This document shows positions 27,812-34,996 of a stretch of DNA of 64,000 bases, piece by piece. Origin of the DNA: Escherichia coli (GTDB taxonomy: Bacteria; Pseudomonadota; Gammaproteobacteria; Enterobacterales; Enterobacteriaceae). How positions within the stretch are numbered: position 1 is the stretch's first letter; each line of letters begins with the position of its first letter. Under the pieces are notes generated by a model. It saw only the letters and a program-made list of their open reading frames with translations, was not told where the DNA came from and did no database searches. The position numbers were made by a program, and so were the translations under genes. The DNA lies in the NCBI RefSeq assembly GCF_011045215.1, contig NZ_CP049201.1; one strand, 5' to 3'.

Positions 27812-28504
27812 ATGGCCACCTTTATCGACCATCAGAAGGCCTTCATTTCGCTGTTTAATCAGACCGCCCGTTATCACAAACGCCATAAGGTGTTTGAAGA
27901 CTTTGTCAGCTGCAGTGTGATTGCCCTGGAGAACCGGCTTCAGTTCAGTGAGGCACGGGAGCAGAAGTACCTGCGAATCGTCAGTGGTTATGAAAAGCAG
28001 GATGTTATCAACATGGCGCATTTGCTTGCTCATGTCATTGAGGGACTGGAGCAGGGATTCTGTGACTTTCTGGGCAGCGTGTTCATGCAACTGGAGCTGG
28101 GGGATAAATACCGGGGCCAGTTTTTCACGCCCTGGAGTGTGGCCAGAATGATGGCACAGATGCAGCTGGGGAATGTGACGACGCTGTTTGAGAACAAGCC
28201 CTTTATCACGCTCCGTGAACCGGCCTGTGGTGCCGGCAGTATGATACTGGCTATGGCTGACACCCTGAACCATTCGGGATATCCGGCATATCGCAGGATG
28301 TGGGTGTCGGCAACGGATATTGACCCGCTGGCAGCCGGCATGGCGTATATACAACTGTCGCTGTGTGGTGTGGCCGGTGAAGTGGTGATTGGCAACTCAT
28401 TGTGTAATGAGCGACGCCGGGTACTGCTGACGCCCGGGCATTACCTCGGGAACTGGTCATATCGTCTGCGTCATTCTCAGGAACAGGTCACAGCTGATGC
28501 CTGA
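27812..28504 (+). CDS. HsdM-like N6-adenine methyltransferase fragment (SAM-binding region only, 230 aa)
   Basis: Motifs GQFFTPWSVARMM (resembles the type I/gamma MTase F/Y-TP motif) and EPACGAGSMILA (motif I-like) are present, but no NPPF/Y catalytic motif; the ORF ends soon after. Confidence 0.5.
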   Translation: MATFIDHQKAFISLFNQTARYHKRHKVFEDFVSCSVIALENRLQFSEAREQKYLRIVSGYEKQDVINMAHLLAHVIEGLEQGFCDFLGSVFMQLELGDKYRGQFFTPWSVARMMAQMQLGNVTTLFENKPFITLREPACGAGSMILAMADTLNHSGYPAYRRMWVSATDIDPLAAGMAYIQLSLCGVAGEVVIGNSLCNERRRVLLTPGHYLGNWSYRLRHSQEQVTADA

Positions 28505-28752
28505 TTTTTTATCACTACGCCAGTCTTCGGGCTGGCGTTATTATATTTGCGTTGCTTGTTATTGGGGGCGGTTTCTATGTACGTCAGGAGCATTTTTAAA
28601 CCGATGTGGATAAGTAACTGATTGATTCATCGTGATCAGCTATCGCTTCTAAGTTATTGCTTTTCTCTTATCGCATTTAGGTTATCTCATGTCCCTAAAG
28701 GTCTGCCAAACACCGTATAGCGTGGGAGTACACCCTACCGCGATAACGTAAC

Positions 28753-28768
28753 CGTACAATATTGTACG
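28753..28768. promoter_or_regulatory. 16-bp perfect palindrome CGTACAATATTGTACG (candidate operator) about 95 bp upstream of the hydrolase gene
   Basis: Seen directly in the intergenic region 28505..28863. Confidence 0.4.
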
Positions 28769-28863
28769 TTTCCCAAACGCAGCTCTGTGGGGGAAATTTG
28801 GGTTAAGTATCGACCGGTGTATGATAGGGCAATATTTAACCAGAGAAATTAAAAGGATTTGTT

Positions 28864-31089
28864 ATGTCTAAGCCGGAAAACGGCCAACAGCTGCCCGCCA
28901 TCTGTTGGCCGGTGCCTAAAAATAACCGGGGCGGGGAGTTCAGTAATCTCGAGGAGATGTTGGCGCATCTGGAGGGCGAGGCCACCGGGCACTGGCTGAT
29001 TGGCCGTAATGGTATGTGGCACGGGGGAATTCATATCACGGATATCACGACTCCGTGGTGTGCGCTCAGCGGTCAGTCGATGAATGAGGCGGTGGATTTT
29101 CCTGTGCCGTTTAAGGGAGAGCAGCCCGTGCGCTGCATGGCGGATGGTGAGGTGGTGGCGTACCGGATAAACCGGGATTCTCTCAGCGTGCCGTGGTACT
29201 GGGGGGATTTACACTACTCCGGGTCTTTTGTACTCATTCGCCATCGTATTCAGCCAGGGGAAACGGCAGAGAGCGGGCTGACCTTTTACACCCTGTATAT
29301 GCACCTCGCGCCCTGGCTGGCTTACCCGGAGCAGGACAGTACGGCGTTTAAGGTCGCAGACAGACAGTATCTGAATGCGTATGCGGACGCGTCCCGGCAG
29401 TGGGTGGTGGCAGAGTTGCCACCCGGTACACGTGTGATATGGGACAAAGCGGTAAGTGCAGACACCATGACAGGGAGCAACGGTCGGCAGTATGCGCGCG
29501 TTACGCTGGCGGAGCCGGTGACGGGCAGGATGAACCTGAACGCCGGAGACCGGGTATGGACAGTATGCGATAAAGGGAATCTGGTTCCGGTTCGTGACAG
29601 TATCATCCGTCCGGCGTGGTGGTCGCCGTTCCTGCCGCCGTCACGCGAAACGGTACAGTTTGATACGGTGGTGTGTCCGACACCTTACCCGATTAAAGCC
29701 GGTGCCCCGGTGGGGCATCTGGGCTATTTTCAGGTACCCACGGATAACGGGCATGAAAAACGCTATCAGGTGCATATCGAATGCCTGACAACGGACGACC
29801 TGCCGCGCTTCCTGAGCAACCCGGAAGGTGTGGGGCGTGACACTCCCGCCTTTGCCCGTTGTCCGAAGGATATACCGGTGTATCTGAAATATACGGACGG
29901 AGAAATACACAAGAGCCTGGTAACCACGGAGAGCGAAACGGTGATGGCGCTGTCAGGTCAGGTGGTGACGGACAAAGAGGGTAAACGCTACTGGTCGGGG
30001 GGAGGGGTATCACGCGGACTGCTGGCGGAGTCAGATGTGCAGTTGTTATCCAGGTATGACCTGGCTGACCGGGGTTTTGAGGCCACGGAGGATAACCCGG
30101 TGAGCTTTGACCATCTCGACGGAAAGAGACAGCCGAAGGGGCTGGTGAGGACGATTTTTGAGCGTTTTTTCAACGTGGCGGATAATGACGGTAAGCTCTA
30201 CAGCAAAATAGTGGCATTCAACTACCGGCAGCTGCTGGACCAGATTGATGACGCCAAATCCCCCCGGTATAACCCGGAACTGTACCGGCGCGCGGTACAG
30301 AACCCGTCAATGCGTGAGCATCTGTATCGTTTGTGCGTGAAACATCCCAGCGAGTGGTATTACTCGTCGGAGTCTTCGGTATGGAAAGCATTTTTTACGC
30401 CCCAACTGAAAAGAGACGCCACGGAGTGGTACGCCTACAGTATGAAATTTTTGACGGATCTCCGCTGGATGTACCGTGTGGCCGGAATGGTGGAAAATCC
30501 GTGGCATATGCACCCACTGGTATTTCTTGATGCTATTAATGATATAGGTATGACTCTCGATGAAGCCAGAGTTCGGGCATTTATGAGAATGATTCGAGTT
30601 GGCGAAGGGACTGTTGGTGAGGTTGGGTATGAAACATTGTTTGGTAAGCAGTCATTCATAAAAGATTATCATAAAGATTTTAGTGATCACCCGAACATAA
30701 TAATTACTAGAGGTACATTAAAGTCTTCTGCGGCTGGAGCATATCAAGTAATGGGTTATACATGGAATGATCCTAACATGTTGTTTTATCGCAAAAAATA
30801 TGGGATCGTGGATTTTTCTCCGAAATCACAAGATGAGTTTTGTGTGCTAATCCTTAAATATAAAAGGAAAGGGGCTTTAAAACTTATCATTGATGGTGAC
30901 ATTGATGGGGCTTTAGATATTTTGAGTTACGAATGGGCAAGTCTTCCCCCTGCCAGATACCCTCAACCAACCAAGAGTAAGAGTGAGGTTATGTCCTTAT
31001 ACAATAAGTATTTATTAGAAGAGCTCTTAGGGGAGACAGATCTTCACCTGCCAATCGGCTACATAAAACAAGTTTATAATGGTGTGTAA
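28864..31089 (+). CDS. Multidomain cell-wall hydrolase-like protein (741 aa) with C-terminal lambda-lysozyme-like (GH104-type lytic transglycosylase) domain
   Basis: C-terminal residues ~570-741 align by eye with recalled phage lambda R motifs (VGEGT..GYETLF, DFSDHP, AAGAYQVMGYTW, DFSPKSQDEF, KGALKLIIDGDIDGAL, EWASLP). N-terminal region has an M23-like H-x-G motif (WHGGIHITD), unconfirmed. GC drops sharply near 30540. Confidence 0.7.
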   Translation: MSKPENGQQLPAICWPVPKNNRGGEFSNLEEMLAHLEGEATGHWLIGRNGMWHGGIHITDITTPWCALSGQSMNEAVDFPVPFKGEQPVRCMADGEVVAYRINRDSLSVPWYWGDLHYSGSFVLIRHRIQPGETAESGLTFYTLYMHLAPWLAYPEQDSTAFKVADRQYLNAYADASRQWVVAELPPGTRVIWDKAVSADTMTGSNGRQYARVTLAEPVTGRMNLNAGDRVWTVCDKGNLVPVRDSIIRPAWWSPFLPPSRETVQFDTVVCPTPYPIKAGAPVGHLGYFQVPTDNGHEKRYQVHIECLTTDDLPRFLSNPEGVGRDTPAFARCPKDIPVYLKYTDGEIHKSLVTTESETVMALSGQVVTDKEGKRYWSGGGVSRGLLAESDVQLLSRYDLADRGFEATEDNPVSFDHLDGKRQPKGLVRTIFERFFNVADNDGKLYSKIVAFNYRQLLDQIDDAKSPRYNPELYRRAVQNPSMREHLYRLCVKHPSEWYYSSESSVWKAFFTPQLKRDATEWYAYSMKFLTDLRWMYRVAGMVENPWHMHPLVFLDAINDIGMTLDEARVRAFMRMIRVGEGTVGEVGYETLFGKQSFIKDYHKDFSDHPNIIITRGTLKSSAAGAYQVMGYTWNDPNMLFYRKKYGIVDFSPKSQDEFCVLILKYKRKGALKLIIDGDIDGALDILSYEWASLPPARYPQPTKSKSEVMSLYNKYLLEELLGETDLHLPIGYIKQVYNGV

Positions 31090-31527
31090 ATGAAAAATAT
31101 ATTCCTTATATTGATATTTGTATCATCATTTACTTATGCTGGTTCTGATTTTGGAACTTGGGGAACATCATGTGATGATAATGGGTTCATTCTTTCATTA
31201 AAAGAAGATTCATCTCCATTTGTTGTTAGTGATAATCAGATAGTTGTATCCATACATTCAAGAAGGATTAACCATAAAGTTATTGATGTTTTTTTTGATG
31301 ATACATTAGATCTTGGGATAGGAGGCATGGGGTTTAACTGGGGGGATGTTGATAAAACCAAAAAAATAGCCGAGTTAACATATTCTGAAAATAATAAATG
31401 GCTGATGAAATGGTTTGGTTTTTGGGATGCAAAAAAAAAGACACGTTTTTGGGTGAAAGAGCCTGATTTTATCCAAACATACGCAAAAAATAACGTCATA
31501 ACATTGATTAAATGCGAAGAACAGTGA
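31090..31527 (+). CDS. Secreted small protein (145 aa), candidate immunity protein for the upstream hydrolase
   Basis: ATG directly after the upstream stop (TAAATG); signal peptide MKNIFLILIFVSSFTYA; AT-rich like the hydrolase C-terminus. Confidence 0.5.
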   Translation: MKNIFLILIFVSSFTYAGSDFGTWGTSCDDNGFILSLKEDSSPFVVSDNQIVVSIHSRRINHKVIDVFFDDTLDLGIGGMGFNWGDVDKTKKIAELTYSENNKWLMKWFGFWDAKKKTRFWVKEPDFIQTYAKNNVITLIKCEEQ

Positions 31528-31582
31528 TGGTTTGACTGCAATGGCTAAATTGAGGCAGCAATAATTTCAGGAAAACAAAAAT

Positions 31583-31760
31583 GATCTTCTTGAGATCCTT
31601 TTTTCTGAGAGTAGTTTCTTGTCCTGTAAATGAAAAAACGCCGGAAGGCGGGTTGGTTCGGGTTCGTTGATCTACCAAATCTTTGAAGCTGGGCGGTAAC
31701 AGGACTCTATGTGGGAGACAGTTACCAATACATTATAGTACTTCCCAGTAATCTGCTGAT
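31583..31760. other. Remnant resembling a ColE1/p15A-type plasmid origin (RNA I/RNA II region)
   Basis: GATCTTCTTGAGATCC, CTGTAAATGAAAAAACGCCGGAAGGCGGG and GATCTACCAAATCTTTGAAGCTGGGCGGTAACAGG parallel recalled p15A/pBR322 ori strings in the same order; diverged, not verified by alignment. Confidence 0.4.
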
Positions 31761-31849
31761 CAGACCGGGCCAGCCAGAGATGCAGGTCGGTGATGATCAA
31801 CCGTCGTATACGAATCTGTATGGTGTTGAGCTGCTGTCCCGATTTAGTA

Positions 31850-32590
31850 TCAGACTGGATGTAGTGAATCTGTTTTTCCGGACGAGCATTTCATGGTGAA
31901 TTGTCGTGGTGTTATATTAAAGTGTTGTCTGAAAAGATAGACAAAGTAGGATGTACTGGAATAGCCACATTTTTCAGCAACGTGTTTCACTGAGTATTTC
32001 TGTTCCAGTAAGTTTCTGGCTGAAAACATTCGTACTTCGAGTAAAATTTTACTGAAACATGTGTTTTCAGACAGAAGTTTTTTCTTTATCAGACTTTCAC
32101 TCATATATACATATTCAGATATATCGCGCAACTTCCATTGTCGTGATATATCTGACAGTAATATGTTTCGTACTTTTCCTGAAAAAGTTGGGATGCCAGA
32201 TGAAAGGAAGTTTATTAAAGCGGGGCGGGTATTAAAAATTGACAATAACGAGAAACAGACAGCTTCTCTGAATTCCGGATGGATATGATTTTCATAATTT
32301 ATATTGTTTATGAGTTCTGACAACACTTCCGGGTAGGCAAAACATTTTTTCAGAAAATGAACAGGCCCGTCGTAGGTTGGTTTTTCCCCTGTATGGCGAT
32401 GGTGTATATAATGGTTTACTGTATCTTCATTCAGAGGTACTTCAGTGAATTTATCTGAAAATGTAAGAAAGCTTGTCATCAAAGATGGATTAACAAGAAG
32501 AATATCGCCATAATTTAATATTAATACATCATTAAAAAAACGGAAATTAAATGATCTTTTTATCAGTATGAAGGAGCAGATGATAGTCAT
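31850..32590 (-). CDS. AraC-family transcriptional regulator, AppY/EnvY-like
   Basis: C-terminal HTH region (ERQWKLRDISEYVYMSESLIKKKL ... VAEKCGYSSTSYFVYLFRQHFNITP) closely parallels recalled E. coli AppY ([24 protein letters not shown] ... [25 protein letters not shown]). AT-rich. Confidence 0.7.
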   Translation of the reverse strand: MTIICSFILIKRSFNFRFFNDVLILNYGDILLVNPSLMTSFLTFSDKFTEVPLNEDTVNHYIHHRHTGEKPTYDGPVHFLKKCFAYPEVLSELINNINYENHIHPEFREAVCFSLLSIFNTRPALINFLSSGIPTFSGKVRNILLSDISRQWKLRDISEYVYMSESLIKKKLLSENTCFSKILLEVRMFSARNLLEQKYSVKHVAEKCGYSSTSYFVYLFRQHFNITPRQFTMKCSSGKTDSLHPV

Positions 32591-32873
32591 AATTCTTTGC
32601 GCTGTTACAGTTTTTTATTTATGTAAGTATGGATGAAGGGAAAAAAAAGGAAAAATATTTTGTTTTTTTGTGATTGCTGTCACGTAATAAATAAAAAGCA
32701 ATTGATTATATTGCTGTATTGTGCTGTAAAGAAGAGTTAAGCTCTGTCTGGTACTGATTTATTCCGGGGGACGGAGGGGCATGGCAGATGAAGGGATGAA
32801 CAGGGACTTTTTGTTTAATTCGTTGACAGCAACAGTCATAAGAGAAAGCAACAATTCACATATGGGGCAGTTT

Positions 32874-33569
32874 ATGAAAACTATCTTCATAGCAGAGCCT
32901 GTCGTGACGGCAGGTAACAGTAACAGGCTGATTGCGGTGGAGATTCTGAGCCGATTTTATTCTGTTAACGGAAAACAACTTCCTACCGTGAAAACGCTGA
33001 ATATGTTTACAGCAGAGATGAAAATTGATTTGCTGGAATTACAGATAAGAAAAATAATAAGTAAAGCTTCTTTTTTTAGTAAGCATAATATACTGTGTTC
33101 CCTTAACGTCGATTATGATACATGTCAGTATATATACAGAAATAAAAATATTCAGGATATAATAAAGTCATATGATTTTATTGTTCTTGAAATTTCTGAA
33201 ACATACCCGGTCATAAAGGCTGATGATGCAATAATTCCTTTTCTCATTAATCTGTCAGAACATATCTGGCTGGATGATTTAGGGAGTGGTAACAGTACAA
33301 TACATACGTTGATAAGAAATAAATTCCAGGCAGTGAAACTTGACAAAAATTTTTTTCAAATACATAGTATGAAACCGCATTTTGCTGCATTAATAGACAA
33401 TATAAAAAGATTATGCCCTCTGGTTATTGCCGAGGGTGTTGAAAACAAGAATTATCTGCATGCTGCTTCAGGTGCTGGTTTATGGGGCGTTCAGGGATAT
33501 TATTTTCCATCAGTACCGCTTGAGGATATTCATCAGATAAAGTTGGATTTTTCTGAGAACATCAGCTGA
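32874..33569 (+). CDS. EAL-domain protein, YdiV-like (degenerate EAL; EIL instead of EAL)
   Basis: EAL-domain motifs (EILSRF, DDLGSGNST, KLDK, AEGVE, QGYYF); DDLGSGNSTIHTLIRNKFQAVKLDKNFFQ parallels recalled YdiV LGAGNSTMKAVFDGLFTRVMLDKSFIQ. Start chosen at ATG 32874; ORF-track start is 32781. Confidence 0.65.
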   Translation: MKTIFIAEPVVTAGNSNRLIAVEILSRFYSVNGKQLPTVKTLNMFTAEMKIDLLELQIRKIISKASFFSKHNILCSLNVDYDTCQYIYRNKNIQDIIKSYDFIVLEISETYPVIKADDAIIPFLINLSEHIWLDDLGSGNSTIHTLIRNKFQAVKLDKNFFQIHSMKPHFAALIDNIKRLCPLVIAEGVENKNYLHAASGAGLWGVQGYYFPSVPLEDIHQIKLDFSENIS

Positions 33570-33803
33570 TGAGTCTGTCATACTTTTTCTTCCCGGGTAT
33601 ATCCGGGCTGTGTTTAAATATAATAGTCATAAGAAAACTGGTTATTATATTTTCAGGTGAATTTGTTTACATGTTCTGATCGGGACTCGCTTTCAGATTG
33701 CAGGGAGTAATAAAAAGTACTATCACTGCGTATTCCGTTCTACTCTATCACGGATTGGCCCAAACTGTGTCGATTCAGATGCCATTTTGCACTATCACTT
33801 ATT

Positions 33804-34538
33804 ATGAGCTGTTTTTGTATTCATTTTAGCAGCCATCTCCATGATGGTATTGACAGTGGCTGTCCCGGTAAGAAATATGATATACACCGACCATTAAATA
33901 TGCTGGCGTTAAGCTGGCATAATACTTCTGGTCGCTATTCACTGGGGGGAAGTTATCAGAAAGATGATTCCGTGCAAATTTTAGGGGAATTAAATAAAAA
34001 ATTTAAGATCCGTGAAAGAGATTCTGCGAAAAGTCAGTTAAAATTTTTCTACGCTGAACTTGAGGGTTTTAATAAAGAAAAAAAGAGAAGGGCTGGGGAA
34101 CCTGATGATACCTATCTCCTTTCCGGACAGATATCATTTAATACACCTGATTTTGGAGCATTTGTCAGTGCGGGATATATTAATCATGCAATATCAGGAA
34201 CAAATGTAGATACCGATCGTTCTTATGTATATTCTCTGAGTATAGATCGTAATAAAGAACAAATGTACTCTTTTTAGACAGGATTTACATATAACATCAC
34301 ACCAGAATTAAGTGCAATGATGACCCATGGTTATGAATCCAGTCGTAAAGATGTAGAAATACAGGGGGCATGTATTTTGGGAGCAATGACTTACAATATC
34401 AATAATGGACCTAATATATTTCTTTCTGCAGACAGATGCAGAGAAAAAAGAGATGGCAGCCGTTTTGGTGATCGTCTTAATTATTGGGATGTTAAATTAA
34501 GTATTAGGTATGATATATATATATATGATTCTCTGTAA
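33804..34538 (+). pseudogene. Interrupted ORF: two same-frame ORFs separated by a single in-frame TAG at 34278-34280; no signal peptide
   Basis: Seen directly: 33804..34277 and 34317..34538 are in the same frame and read through apart from one amber codon; alternating hydrophobic pattern suggests a beta-barrel protein remnant. Confidence 0.35.
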
Positions 34539-34996
34539 AGAGGCAGATGCTGAATCCATTCACCCTGTAGTCCATGATTTCGAATCTGGTAGGGTGTATT
34601 TATAACTGACAATATAATGAGGTAGTTCCGGTTTCTCTTGTGTTTATAAATTTCTCATGTCTTTGTTAAGCAACTGTTTGTATTATTCTGATTGACTTAT
34701 TTTCACTGGTGTTAAGACCACAGGTATTGTCAGTATTCGAACAGTATTTCACGAAATTCTTATACAGTATTGCACGGTTTTCCGGACGTTTAAACTTCAA
34801 ATGGTTAAACTGGCTTCACAACAGGAGCTTCTGTTGTCTGTATTGTTCGAAAATACGGGGATACCGTATTTTCTGAGTTATATTATACAATCTTGTTTTA
34901 TAAAATACCCCTGTGCGAATGAACACACAGGGGTATTTTATATTTCAGTTTTTCACCATAGAGTATGAACAGATTGCAAATATAATCCCGACAATA

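Noticed and set aside
28864-30540. Calling the N-terminal domain of the 741-aa protein an M23 peptidase
   Set aside because: Only one partial H-x-G-containing motif (WHGGIHITD) is visible; I could not find the second H-x-H motif, so the assignment is noted but not made.
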